Origin: Candidatus Geocrenenecus huangii
GTDB lineage: Archaea; Thermoproteota; Nitrososphaeria_A; Caldarchaeales; Wolframiiraptoraceae
Length of the DNA: 48,378 bases
Direction of reading: 5' to 3'
Assembly (NCBI GenBank): GCA_023254095.1
Contig: JALNLM010000010.1
Span: forward strand, 1-48,378
The translations under genes were made by a program, and so were the position numbers. The notes under the pieces are model-generated. The model saw only the letters and a list, made by a program, of their open reading frames with translations, was not told where the DNA came from and searched no databases. This document shows, piece by piece, positions 18,353-29,059 of the stretch; the stretch's first letter is position 1; each line of letters opens with the position of its first letter.

Positions 18353-20152
18353 TTACTTTGGAATTCTCTCCGGGAATACTTGGAACCATCTAAAGTCTAG
18401 CTCATACTCGGCGATTGGGATTACTTCCCCTCTAGCTGCTGGATAATCGATGTATTCGGCTTGATAAGCTCTCAAAACGACATGCTCATACACGTATACG
18501 GATGGATACAGTTCAATTATTTTTCTTTGTATCTCATAGTATTTCTGCATCCTCTGGTCGAAGTCTATCGTTCCTAATGCATCTTCTATCATCGCATCTA
18601 TCTCTGGATCCATCAGCCACTCACCCTGCTCCCATGTTCCAGTAGCATGTGAATGGTATCTTGAGGAGAGTATCGAGCCTGCTTCTGCATAATGTGCAAC
18701 AACGAATATCGATACTGCGTTCGGGGTGGTCTCCATCTTGGTCATACCTTCTACGACTGATAGCCAAGGTACCTTGACTACATTTACCTTTAAGCCTATT
18801 TCCTCCATGTTTGCTTTAAAGAGTAATGCTACTCTTTCTTCCCAAGGAACTTCTGCGATCCACCAATACTCTATCGGATACTTATCCAGCTCACCCCAAT
18901 ACTTCGACTTCTTAAGTTCTTCTATAGCTGCTTGGATATTTCTCTCTATTGGTTTAAGTGTTGGGTCAGCTCCTGGAAGCATGCTTGGAACTGGGCCGGC
19001 CGGTCTCCTTTCGTATGGTATTATCTCCGCTATAGCTGTATCGTAGTCGAATGCTAATGCTATTGCCTTCCTAACATGAATATCGTCCGTCGGAGGCTTC
19101 TTTGTATGGAGCATTATATAGAATATCATTGCTTGGGGTACTTGGGCAATCTTCACGCCGGGTATCTTGCTCATAGCTTCATAGTTTTCGAGGGGTTGCC
19201 ATTGATCTGTAACTTCTAGCTGTCTTTTCTCTATCATAGTACGTATAGTCGTCGGCTCGGTGAAACCATACATTATCACTTTTGTTGGAGCATTCGGGGC
19301 TGTCTCACCCCAGTAATCATCGAACTTAACCAATGTTACAGATTCTCCTCTTTTATACTCATGTAGTTTATATGGTCCTGAACCAGCATCCATCTCTCCA
19401 GCCATCAGCCACGTCTTACCGTAGTCGCCCATATCTTCATACGGCCCCTCAGCAATATGCTGCTTTACCAATTCACTATCTACTATGTATAGCCTCACTA
19501 ACGTGATCAAGAATGGGCCGAAAGGATTCCTTAAAACAATCTGGGCAGTGTACTTGTCTAAAGCCTTCGTTTTTTCAAGGTCTACATATGGCTTGAAGAG
19601 ATAGCCGTATCCTTCACCTATGATAATCATTCTCTTTAACGAGAATACCACATCTTCCGCTGTCAGCTCCCGCCCACTATGGAATTTTACACCCCTTCTT
19701 AGATAGAAAGTCCATGTTAAACCATCTTCAGAAACCTCCCATCTTTCAGCAACATGAGGCTTAACAGTCCCCTCCCTTGTAGGATAAACCAGAGTATCAT
19801 ACACGTTGATGAAATATACTGAGCTGGCCTCATCGGATCCAACTGCTGGATCCATGTACGGAACATTGGCGAATGATACTCTAAGAAGTCTTTCTTTAAC
19901 CGGTGTAATGGTTGGTGTCGTAACAGTCGTCGGGCTTGGAGTAGGTGTAGTTACTATGGTCGTGGTCGTGGGCGTAGTTACTGTGATAGTAGGTGTAGGT
20001 GTTATGGTTGTAGGTGTTGTCGGGGTTGTTACGGGTGAGGTCGTAGGTGTTGGGGCAGGAGGAACAGTCAAAAAGTAGGCTGCACCCGCTATAGCGACTA
20101 TCACTATGATTACTACGACAGCGATTACCACGGATTTACTGATGCCTTTCAT
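18353..20152 (-). CDS. Peptide ABC transporter substrate-binding protein (family 5) with N-terminal membrane anchor and Thr/Pro linker
   Basis: MKGISKS plus hydrophobic helix, YDTLV, WTFYLRRGVKFHSG, GSGPY, VRKAIA; start moved to ATG 20152. Confidence 0.92.
   Translation of the reverse strand: MKGISKSVVIAVVVIIVIVAIAGAAYFLTVPPAPTPTTSPVTTPTTPTTITPTPTITVTTPTTTTIVTTPTPSPTTVTTPTITPVKERLLRVSFANVPYMDPAVGSDEASSVYFINVYDTLVYPTREGTVKPHVAERWEVSEDGLTWTFYLRRGVKFHSGRELTAEDVVFSLKRMIIIGEGYGYLFKPYVDLEKTKALDKYTAQIVLRNPFGPFLITLVRLYIVDSELVKQHIAEGPYEDMGDYGKTWLMAGEMDAGSGPYKLHEYKRGESVTLVKFDDYWGETAPNAPTKVIMYGFTEPTTIRTMIEKRQLEVTDQWQPLENYEAMSKIPGVKIAQVPQAMIFYIMLHTKKPPTDDIHVRKAIALAFDYDTAIAEIIPYERRPAGPVPSMLPGADPTLKPIERNIQAAIEELKKSKYWGELDKYPIEYWWIAEVPWEERVALLFKANMEEIGLKVNVVKVPWLSVVEGMTKMETTPNAVSIFVVAHYAEAGSILSSRYHSHATGTWEQGEWLMDPEIDAMIEDALGTIDFDQRMQKYYEIQRKIIELYPSVYVYEHVVLRAYQAEYIDYPAARGEVIPIAEYELDFRWFQVFPERIPK
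19901..20063 (-). repeat. Low-complexity Thr/Pro/Val coding repeat (glycosylated linker)
   Basis: PPAPTPTTSPVTTPTTPTTITPTPTITVTTPTTTTIVTTPTPSPTTVTTPTITP. Confidence 0.8.
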
Positions 20153-20398
20153 CTTTGTAGTAGGATACTTAGACCTAAAATTCTCTAGCTTTCTCCTCAT
20201 AATCTTCTTAAGATAATGCCCCAATAGCGTATATAAAGTTTAATCTAGAATAATTCAAGCATCTATCTAAATAATTAAGATTTCAATAGTTGATATTACA
20301 TTATTTCATGTTTATGATATTTACGGTATAAAATTGGTGATTTAGTAAGTCATAATCTTTAATAAATTGTCATTAATTATTTCATAGATGATTTCAAT

Positions 20399-22453
20399 AT
20401 GGTGTATCGTGTAGGCATAGATATTGGTGGTGCTTTTACAGATCTGGTTGCATATGACGATGAAACAGGCGACTTCGTATGGGTTAAAGATGAGACAACA
20501 CCTCACGACCCATCAATAGGAGTATTAAACACAGTATCGAAGAGCAAAGTGGACTTCTCGAAAGTCCTCTCGATAATTCATGGTCAAACACTAGTCATCA
20601 ACACGATCATTGAGAGGAAGGGTGCAAAGGTAGGATTAATCACAACGAAAGGATATCGAGACGTACTTGAGCTTCAGAGGTCAAATAGGAGGGACATGTA
20701 TAACTTTAGATATAAGAAGCCTCAATCCCTCATTCCGAGACATCTTAGACTAGAAGTTGATGAACGAATTATGTCGGATGGGACAATCTTGAGGCCGCTG
20801 AATGAAAAAGATGTTGAAAAAGCTACCCAGAAGCTTCTGGAAGAAGGGGTTGAAAGCATATGTATCAGCTTCATAAACTCCTATGCCAACCCATCACATG
20901 AGATAAGAGCTGGAGAGATAGCACGTAAAATTACTAAACTACCTATAACGTTAGGACATGAGATAACACGTGAATGGAGGGAGTATGAGAGGACAGCTAC
21001 CGCTGTATTGAATGCTTACGTTAAGCCTAAGCTTGAAAAATATCTAGATAAGCTAGAAAAAGAATTTATTAAACAAGGGTTCTCTAGAAAACCTTTTGTC
21101 ATGCTTTCAAGTGGAGGTATGGCCTCATTCGATTTCGCTAAAGATTATCCTATATATACTATAGAATCTGGCCCAGTAGCAGGAGTTATCGGCGGAGTCT
21201 ATATTGCTAAACTAGTCGGCGAGAAAAATGTAATCATACTAGATGGAGGCAGTACAACAACTAAAGCAAGCCTAGTCGAGGACCTTACACCTAGAGTCCA
21301 CACAGAATACTATGTGGAAAGAACAAGGTTCACTGCTGGATACCCGGTACGAGTACCAGTGGTTGATACCTTCGAGATAGGAAACGGTGGAACAAGCATA
21401 GCGTGGATTGACGAGATCGGGAACCTGAGAGTAGGGCCTAAAGCAGCTGGAGCCTACCCTGGTCCAGCATGTTATGGTAAAGGTGGCAGAGAGCCAACAG
21501 TCACGGACGCATACGCAGTTAATGGATTGATTAATCCAGAGTATCTCCTCGGAGGGGCCATGAAGATCTACAGGGATCTAGCGGTTAAAACTATAAAAGA
21601 GAAGATTGCAGACCACTACAATATATCAATCGAGGAAGCTGCGGAGGGGGTAATCAAGCTCGCCAACGAGAATGCTGCCTACGCTATTAGAGTAGTATCT
21701 GTGCAGAGAGGATACGATCCTAGAGATTTCACATTAATAGCTCACGGAGGCTCTGGGCCTATGTTCGCTCCATTCATATCCGAAGAACTAGAAATAAAGA
21801 AGATAATCGTACCGGTAATTCCGCCTGGAGTATTCAGTGCATGGGGAATGTTAACGACGGATATTAGACACGACCTAGTAGTCACAGAAGTAATTAGACT
21901 GGATAAAGAAAACGCTTCAAAGAGAGTAAACGAAATATATAGAAGCCTCGAAGAAAAGATGCTAGGGATCTTTAAGGAAGAACTAGGCGTAACGGAGGTC
22001 ATACTTCAAAGATACGCCGACATGAGATACTATGGACAAGAGCATACTGTCAAAGTACCTATACCTTCAGGTCGCATAAATGATGAAGAAGTTAAGAAAA
22101 TAATAGAGAGATTCCACGAATATCATGAGAGAGAATACGCTTTTAGACTAGATAGTCCCGTGGAAATAGTTAATTTCCACCTAGTAGGCGAGTATAGAGT
22201 TAAGAAATTCGAATTAAAAGAATTAAATAATGCAGTGGGCTCCCTAGATGATGCTGTTATGCAGGAAAGAAGAATCTATGTGAATGGAGAAGAACTAAAG
22301 GTTCCCGTATATAACAAGCAAAGGCTGTCTCCAAGATTCAGGATCGAGGGGCCGGCGATAATCGAGGACCCGACCTCAACAATCTTAGTCTTGGCTTCTC
22401 AGAAAGCAATAGTAGATAAGTATGGGAACGTGAATGTATTAAGAGGTGGGTAA
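20399..22453 (+). CDS. hyuA: ATP-dependent hydantoinase/5-oxoprolinase subunit A
   Basis: GIDIGGAFTD, REYERT, ESGPVAG, DGGSTT, GAYPGPACYG, RGYDPRDF, MRYYGQ. Confidence 0.88.
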   Translation: MVYRVGIDIGGAFTDLVAYDDETGDFVWVKDETTPHDPSIGVLNTVSKSKVDFSKVLSIIHGQTLVINTIIERKGAKVGLITTKGYRDVLELQRSNRRDMYNFRYKKPQSLIPRHLRLEVDERIMSDGTILRPLNEKDVEKATQKLLEEGVESICISFINSYANPSHEIRAGEIARKITKLPITLGHEITREWREYERTATAVLNAYVKPKLEKYLDKLEKEFIKQGFSRKPFVMLSSGGMASFDFAKDYPIYTIESGPVAGVIGGVYIAKLVGEKNVIILDGGSTTTKASLVEDLTPRVHTEYYVERTRFTAGYPVRVPVVDTFEIGNGGTSIAWIDEIGNLRVGPKAAGAYPGPACYGKGGREPTVTDAYAVNGLINPEYLLGGAMKIYRDLAVKTIKEKIADHYNISIEEAAEGVIKLANENAAYAIRVVSVQRGYDPRDFTLIAHGGSGPMFAPFISEELEIKKIIVPVIPPGVFSAWGMLTTDIRHDLVVTEVIRLDKENASKRVNEIYRSLEEKMLGIFKEELGVTEVILQRYADMRYYGQEHTVKVPIPSGRINDEEVKKIIERFHEYHEREYAFRLDSPVEIVNFHLVGEYRVKKFELKELNNAVGSLDDAVMQERRIYVNGEELKVPVYNKQRLSPRFRIEGPAIIEDPTSTILVLASQKAIVDKYGNVNVLRGG

Positions 22454-24197
22454 AATGAGCAAGAGAGACATCTTCACTCTAGAGATAATCAAGAGCGGTT
22501 TGATAACTGCCAATGAAGAAATGTTTTACGCTTTCGGGAGAACAGCTAAGAGTCCAGTAATCTATGAAGTATTAGACTACGCCGTAGGGATAACCGATTC
22601 AAAGGGAGAACTGATCGCCCAAGCCCCAGGCGTTCCAGGATTCTCAGGAGTCTTAGACTTCGTAGCCAAAGAAGTACTCGAAAAATGGAGTGGAGAAATG
22701 CGTCCAGGGGACGTTTACATCCTCAACGTACCATATAAGTCTGGGACCCACCTAAACGACGTTACATTAGCAATGCCCGTCTTCTACAGAGACGAATTAT
22801 TATCGATGATCTTGAACAAAGGACACTGGAGTGAAGTAGGAGGAATGCATTTCGGAAGCTGGACATCCGACTCGACTGAAATATATCAAGAAGGTGTACA
22901 ATTCCCTTGTATAAGACTGTATCGTGAGGGAAAACCGAACAAAGATGTAATAGACATTATCTTGGAGAATTCACGTCTACCTCTGCATACGCTTGGAGAT
23001 ATGGAAGCTCAGGCGGCGTCAATGAAGGTAGCTGCTAGAAGAATTGAAAAACTGATTGAGAAATACGGTATAGAGAACGTTAAGAACGCTATGGAGAAGA
23101 TCATAGATGATGGATATAAGCTCGCATTACTTAATTTGAAGAAGCTGCCTAAGGGAGTATTCGAGGCAGAGGATTACCTAGATGACGACGGGTTAACAGA
23201 TGAACCAGTATACGTAAGAGTAAAGGTAACCATAACGGATGAAGAATTCTTAGCGGACTTCACTGGAAGTGGAAGTGTGAAAGGATCTATAGCGTCGCCG
23301 TATCCCGCCACCGTCTCGGGAGTTAGAGAAACATACATGGCTGTAACTGACCCGCATGTAGACTTAAACGGCGGCTACTTTAAACCATTGAAAGTTATCG
23401 CTCCCGAAGGTTCAGCTTTCAATCCTGTCAAGCCAGCTCCTACATCAACGTTCTGGGAAGCAATGTCTTATTCGACAGACCTAGTATGGAAGGCTCTAGC
23501 ACCACATGTACCTGACAAGCTAACTGCCGGACACTTCTTATCAATTCTAGCAACAATTCTAGGAGGCATAGATGAAAGAACGGGTGAACCCTTCGCAATA
23601 GTAGAGCCTCAAGCTGGAGGATGGGGTGCAGGCTACGACATGGATGGAGAAAGCGGGCTAGTAGCATGTGGAGATGGAGAAACCTACATAGCATCAAACG
23701 AAGTCTACGAAAAACACATGCCGATACTTGTGGAGAGATACTGCTTGAACACTGAGAGTGGAACGGGCCATGGTAAGTTCAGAGGAGGATTCGGAGTAAT
23801 AAAAGACTACAGAGTTCTATGTAGTGAAGCTTCTTTCACAGTATCTATCGGTAGAAATAAGTTCCCGCCATGGGGTGTAGCTGGAGGAATGAACGGAACA
23901 CCAAACTACTGCGTAATTTTCAAGCAAGGCGAGGAACCCAAGATCGTTAGAAAAGTAGCAGCAGTAAAACTAAAGAGAGGAGATATGGTAAGCCTAAGGT
24001 CTGGAGGCGGAGGAGGCTGGGGAGATCCCCTTGAAAGAGATCCAGAACTAGTTAGAATGGATGTCAAGAATGAGTACATAACGATCGAGACAGCTAGAGA
24101 AATATATGGGGTAGTCCTAGACCCGAAAACACTAGAAATAAAATGGGATGAGACGAAGAAGCTCAGAGGAGAATTGAAGAAAAAGAAATCCGGATAG
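22446..24197 (+). CDS. hyuB: ATP-dependent hydantoinase/5-oxoprolinase subunit B
   Basis: GTHLND, KGHW, EIYQEG, GKFRGG, GGGGGWGDP; overlaps the hyuA stop. Confidence 0.88.
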   Translation: MGKMSKRDIFTLEIIKSGLITANEEMFYAFGRTAKSPVIYEVLDYAVGITDSKGELIAQAPGVPGFSGVLDFVAKEVLEKWSGEMRPGDVYILNVPYKSGTHLNDVTLAMPVFYRDELLSMILNKGHWSEVGGMHFGSWTSDSTEIYQEGVQFPCIRLYREGKPNKDVIDIILENSRLPLHTLGDMEAQAASMKVAARRIEKLIEKYGIENVKNAMEKIIDDGYKLALLNLKKLPKGVFEAEDYLDDDGLTDEPVYVRVKVTITDEEFLADFTGSGSVKGSIASPYPATVSGVRETYMAVTDPHVDLNGGYFKPLKVIAPEGSAFNPVKPAPTSTFWEAMSYSTDLVWKALAPHVPDKLTAGHFLSILATILGGIDERTGEPFAIVEPQAGGWGAGYDMDGESGLVACGDGETYIASNEVYEKHMPILVERYCLNTESGTGHGKFRGGFGVIKDYRVLCSEASFTVSIGRNKFPPWGVAGGMNGTPNYCVIFKQGEEPKIVRKVAAVKLKRGDMVSLRSGGGGGWGDPLERDPELVRMDVKNEYITIETAREIYGVVLDPKTLEIKWDETKKLRGELKKKKSG

Positions 24198-24210
24198 CAC
24201 CCTTCTCCTA

Positions 24211-24220
24211 TTTTATTTTT
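24211..24220 (+). terminator. Possible U-tract terminator after hyuB
   Basis: TTTTATTTTT 14 nt after the stop, between convergent genes. Confidence 0.35.
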
Positions 24221-24339
24221 AAAGATATCCTGTGGTTTTCTTATTCTTGACATGCTTAGCCGAATACCTAGATTGAGGTTAAATATTTGTTCTTTTCTTG
24301 AATGCCCGTTTTTCTTAACAAACTATGTTAATCTCTATA

Positions 24340-25776
24340 CTACAATGTTATTGACGATATGAAATGTTTCTGTAGTTTTTCCAATGTATCTCTACACCAT
24401 TGTCTCAACCCTTCTACTCTCCTACGGTCTACTTCAATCATTTTCCTAACTTCTTGAGGATTGGCCGATCCTAACGTTCTGTAAGAACCTGTTATTCTAT
24501 AGGGGTCTAGCCAGCTTCGGAATTTATCATAGTCTACATTTAGAATACTGTTTTTCTGAGCTACTTCTTGGAATTTTTTCACGTCTAGGGTGTTCCTATC
24601 GACGGCTTCAGAGAGTTCTGCACAGAATTGATGTGCCACTCTAAAACTTACTCTACATTCTTCTACGATCTTGTTGGCGACCTCTGTTAAAAGGATGGAT
24701 CCTCTACATGCATTGAGTGCCTTATCTCGATTGACATCTATTGCTGGAATAATCCTGGAAAATATGTTGGCGGTCTCCATTACTTCTCTGAACGAATTCC
24801 ACAGTTTAGGAGTTATCTGCTGGTAATCTAGGTTATATCCACTCGGCTGTCTAGACATTATGGAGATTATCTTAACCAAATCTCCTAGCACTTCTCCAAT
24901 CTTCGTCCGAACTATCTCTAAAACCACGGGATTCTTCTTCTGAGGCATAATACTGCTAGTTGAAGCAAACTCTTCAGGAAAATCTATCAAGCCGAATTCT
25001 TCCGTAGAGTATAGTATGAGTTCTTCAGCTATGCATGAGTATATGTTCGCTGAGTTAACGAGATATGATAAGACAAGTATGATGTAGTCTCTTGATGTAG
25101 TTGCATCTAGAGCGTTCTCGACTAAATCTTCAAATCCTAGCAGTTGAGCCTCTCTCAATCTGTCTATGGGGGTAGAGGACCCCGCCGCTGCTGCAGATCC
25201 TAGAGGTGAGAGGTTGATCCCAGCATATATGTTTACTACATTCGAAGAATTCCTTAAGATCTTGCTAGCATATGAGTGGAGTATGAAGCCGAAGGTGCCT
25301 GGAGCAGCTCTTTGTAAATGAGTGTATATCGGGAAGATTACCTCTGAGTATCTTTCAGCTTGGTTAAGCAATACATCTGCCAGCGATAATTCGGTTAAAA
25401 CTGTTTCAAGTAATCTTTCTCTTGCTCTAATTCTTATAGCTGCGGCCACAGCATCATTTCTACTTTTACCGTAGGCAAGCATACCTCCAGAATACTCTGA
25501 GGCGGAAGAGACTGCCTGTTCAATGAAGACATGAATATCTTCTAATCTGGGATCTAGCTCTTTAGGAGGGTTCTCATAAATTCGTTTAAGAGCATTTAAT
25601 GCTTTCTGGAGTTCTTCAAATCCCAGAAGCTTCTTCTCATAGAGCATCCTTAAATGTACTGCATTTACCCATATAACAGCATTAAGTATTTCATTGTCGA
25701 AAGAGAGTGATGAAATGTATTCTGCAGCTTCATTATCCATTTCTTTCCTCAACTTCGCACTTCTAAAGATACTCAT
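24340..25776 (-). CDS. argH: Argininosuccinate lyase
   Basis: EDIH, GKSRND, YTHLQRA, STSSIMPQKKNP, GYNLD. Confidence 0.95.
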   Translation of the reverse strand: MSIFRSAKLRKEMDNEAAEYISSLSFDNEILNAVIWVNAVHLRMLYEKKLLGFEELQKALNALKRIYENPPKELDPRLEDIHVFIEQAVSSASEYSGGMLAYGKSRNDAVAAAIRIRARERLLETVLTELSLADVLLNQAERYSEVIFPIYTHLQRAAPGTFGFILHSYASKILRNSSNVVNIYAGINLSPLGSAAAAGSSTPIDRLREAQLLGFEDLVENALDATTSRDYIILVLSYLVNSANIYSCIAEELILYSTEEFGLIDFPEEFASTSSIMPQKKNPVVLEIVRTKIGEVLGDLVKIISIMSRQPSGYNLDYQQITPKLWNSFREVMETANIFSRIIPAIDVNRDKALNACRGSILLTEVANKIVEECRVSFRVAHQFCAELSEAVDRNTLDVKKFQEVAQKNSILNVDYDKFRSWLDPYRITGSYRTLGSANPQEVRKMIEVDRRRVEGLRQWCRDTLEKLQKHFISSITL

Positions 25777-25851
25777 ACTCTCTAAGCCTAGGAGATTTTA
25801 GCTTAAGGTGCCTTTTAACATTTCGAGTATGTGTCGGAAAGAAAACAAGAT

Positions 25852-27051
25852 CTAAGATTGTTTAATAGTCTGTTTTCGATAAGTGTAATACATTGTGCTT
25901 GGAAGACCCCAAAGCCTCGAGAATGCTTCTCCAGCTTTCTGGTCGAAGACGCTTTTAGAGGTGTATGTGATCATCTCAGGGTTGTATAATGGTTTCTCAG
26001 CTATCCTACCGACGATCCTAGCTGAGCCTTTGAATAATTTTATCCTAACCTCTCCTGTCACCTCTTCTTGTGTTTCATCGATAAATGCATTTATTGCTTT
26101 CACTAGAGGGTCTACCCAGAGACCAGAGTAAACCATCTCAGCCCATTTATGTTCGATTATTGGTTTGAAGTCTAAGATTCTTTTATTAAGAACCATTTTC
26201 TCAAGGTCTTGATGGGCGTAGATTAATAGTAGGGCTGCTGGAGCCTCATATACTTCTCTAGATTTTAGACCTACAACTCTATCCTCGATATGATCTATGT
26301 AGCCGAATCCATGCACCCCTCCTATGATATTCAACTCCATAATTAGCTTTTCTAAAGGCATCTTTACCCCATCGATAGACTTAGGTATCCCCTTCTCGAA
26401 CTCGATTACTATTTCCTGAGGATTGTCCGGTGTCTCATCTAGTGGCTTTAGATATTTGAAGGCTTCTATAGGTGGCTCAATCCATGGATCTTCTAGTTCT
26501 CCTGCTTCTATACTTCTCCCCCATAAGTTTTCATCAATACTAAATCTGCTCTTCCGTGGGTTTACTGGCAGCCCGTTTTTCAATGCGTACTCTATTTCCT
26601 GGTCCCTACTCATATTCCACTCTCTGACTGGTGCTATTATTTTCAGGCCAGGAGCTAGAGCAGAGAATGTTACATCAAATCTTATCTGGTCATTCCCTTT
26701 ACCTGTACATCCATGTGCTACTGCATCGCATCCTTCCTTAAGAGCGACTTCTGCGACTTCTTGTGCTATGAGAGGTCTGCTGAGAGCTGAAGAAAGAGGG
26801 TAAACACCTTCATACAATCCATTAGCCTTAATACATTTAGCAACATATTCTTCTGCGAACTTCTCTCTAGCATTAATGAAGTAATGCTTGATGGCTCCAC
26901 TCTTCAAAGCTTTTTCTTCTATTTCTTCAAAATCTTCTTCTTGGCCTACGTCTACCGTAACCGTGATTACTTCTGCATTATACTTCTCTTGCAGCCACTT
27001 AATAGAAACCGTAGTATCTAGTCCACCTGAGTATGCAAGTGCGACTTTCAT
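25852..27051 (-). CDS. argG: Argininosuccinate synthase
   Basis: AYSGGLDT, HGCTGKGNDQ, SIDENLW, GLKSREVYEAP. Confidence 0.97.
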   Translation of the reverse strand: MKVALAYSGGLDTTVSIKWLQEKYNAEVITVTVDVGQEEDFEEIEEKALKSGAIKHYFINAREKFAEEYVAKCIKANGLYEGVYPLSSALSRPLIAQEVAEVALKEGCDAVAHGCTGKGNDQIRFDVTFSALAPGLKIIAPVREWNMSRDQEIEYALKNGLPVNPRKSRFSIDENLWGRSIEAGELEDPWIEPPIEAFKYLKPLDETPDNPQEIVIEFEKGIPKSIDGVKMPLEKLIMELNIIGGVHGFGYIDHIEDRVVGLKSREVYEAPAALLLIYAHQDLEKMVLNKRILDFKPIIEHKWAEMVYSGLWVDPLVKAINAFIDETQEEVTGEVRIKLFKGSARIVGRIAEKPLYNPEMITYTSKSVFDQKAGEAFSRLWGLPSTMYYTYRKQTIKQS

Positions 27052-27149
27052 GCTTTATCTTAGCTTAAAACCACAATAAAAAAATTATGCTTATTATAAA
27101 CCCGCTTCTAAAAAATAAAAGTCACTATATAAATGTCTATAATAAGTCT

Positions 27150-28739
27150 TCACTCACCCTCTGAGATAAGATATCTTTCTTCTATCTCTTTCATTATTTT
27201 TTCCTGTGCTTCTTCTAATGTTTCCTTATCTATGCCTAAGCGGCTTAAGAGTTTAGAAATATCTGGAGGTTTTTTATCAATCAGCTCTCCAGCGTACTTA
27301 GCGATCATGGGTAGATACTTTGCATATATATTCAATTTTTTTACAGCTGTCTGCTTCTTCTCAATCTTCGAAAGATATAGCTTAAGATGTCTAGCAGCTT
27401 CTCTAATCGCTATCACGAGCTCTCTCTCTATTTCCGGTCTATCAGCTATAGCTTCCTTACCCACACTCTTGTACGGTATTTTTGGAGAGCAGATATGTGT
27501 TACTAATGCTACAGGCGCAACTTTTGGAACCTTATAATTTGACCAGTCTATTCTCTCGTTGACAACTTTCCAGACAACATCTGTTCTTTCATCGTATAGA
27601 AGAGGTATCTTATTAGCAAACCTATACAGCTGTATTCCTTCAGCTACAGGTATTTCTCCTCCATATGCTAATCCAACTTCGACTACGAAGGGGAAGCCTG
27701 AATACGATGATGGTGGACGTTGAACAACATGTACGAAATCTGGCTTGAGCATATTCTGGATTCCTATCTTCAATAATTCTTCACCGATTGGACTTACACT
27801 TGAAGGGTCTGGTGTTCTAAACTTATTGTAACGTTTAATCGCATCGACCAGCGCGGTGACTTGTTCATGTGTTAATTTTCTCGGGTTAGCATCTTCAGAT
27901 AGCCCAGCTAATTGAACTAGTTCTCTAGCAGTCTTCTCTCCAACTCTCTGGAAATTCGAGACTAGGAATGATATGATATCTTTCTGTCTGGAGTTTGCTA
28001 GAAGCCTATTCATAGCTTCGACATCTACTCCTACAGGGTGGGGTAGAGATTCTTTAGGAGGTTCTGGAACTTTATCTGTAGCTCTTGGGAAAAAGTACAT
28101 TCTACCTCTAGGGTCTATAAATAGTAAGGATGCATGCGGGTTTGCTAAAGCTGTGTGTTTAAGATATTCGATTATTTTTGCTTTGCTCCCAGTATAATCT
28201 GCCTCTAGATAAAACTCGATTATTGTACCTCTCCATTTTCTCTCATTCTTGAATACTTCATGTTTGAAGATCCTAGGCTCGTTTTTTACAATATCTATCA
28301 TTAGTACAAATTTATGAATTTCTTTTCCTCCTCTACTAGATATAACAGTAGCCGGCTTATTGGTAGTTATCTGACCATATAGCAAAGCCATAGTTCCACC
28401 TAGCCCGAAGGTTCCACGGTTTTGTTTATATCCATACTTGCTTCCAAACAATACTGTCGCAAAGGCTCTTGGAATATACTCAGGATCCACTCCTATACCA
28501 TTGTCTTCAATCGTTAGTTTATAGACCGCGTTCTCCTCACTCTCTGTTTGACCCTCGGCTGATAATTGAATAATTATGTTTGGAGGAATCTTACTTATCT
28601 CGGCCGCATCTAAAGAGTTCTCTACAAGTTCCCTTATACTCGTGTATAGCGATCTAGATGGGTTGCTGAAGCCAGCTATATCTCTGTTTCTGTAAAAGAA
28701 GTCAGCTGGAGATATCTGCTCGAAGCTCACCTCAACCAT
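27150..28739 (-). CDS. top6B: DNA topoisomerase VI subunit B
   Basis: ELVENSLDA, EDNGIG, GSK...QNRGTFGLG GHKL motifs, RFANKIPLLYD, KIPYKSVGKEA; start moved to ATG 28739. Confidence 0.96.
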   Translation of the reverse strand: MVEVSFEQISPADFFYRNRDIAGFSNPSRSLYTSIRELVENSLDAAEISKIPPNIIIQLSAEGQTESEENAVYKLTIEDNGIGVDPEYIPRAFATVLFGSKYGYKQNRGTFGLGGTMALLYGQITTNKPATVISSRGGKEIHKFVLMIDIVKNEPRIFKHEVFKNERKWRGTIIEFYLEADYTGSKAKIIEYLKHTALANPHASLLFIDPRGRMYFFPRATDKVPEPPKESLPHPVGVDVEAMNRLLANSRQKDIISFLVSNFQRVGEKTARELVQLAGLSEDANPRKLTHEQVTALVDAIKRYNKFRTPDPSSVSPIGEELLKIGIQNMLKPDFVHVVQRPPSSYSGFPFVVEVGLAYGGEIPVAEGIQLYRFANKIPLLYDERTDVVWKVVNERIDWSNYKVPKVAPVALVTHICSPKIPYKSVGKEAIADRPEIERELVIAIREAARHLKLYLSKIEKKQTAVKKLNIYAKYLPMIAKYAGELIDKKPPDISKLLSRLGIDKETLEEAQEKIMKEIEERYLISEGE

Positions 28740-29059
28740 GTTCCAAGACCCTACTTTAACATTATACAACTTTGTCTTAAAACTTAACTATCAAGTAATA
28801 CCTTGACAATCTACTATTTCTCTATTAAGGAGAAATACTAAATAACGAGTTAGCTCATGTACTGTGAACACCTGAACATCTTACACATCCTACATCCCAA
28901 ATAGATTTTAAACATAAGCAACTTAACAGAGATCTTATTAATAATTTGTCTAAAATTTATGAAATTGGTGTTAATTCTACAGGTTTGCTCTATGCACTAT
29001 ATTTAAAGGGATAGTTGATTAGCCTCATATATTCGTAGATATCTATGTAAAATGGAGTA

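Noticed and set aside
19806-20078. Val/Gly-rich repetitive + strand ORF
   Set aside because: Antisense reading of the Thr/Pro linker of the binding protein
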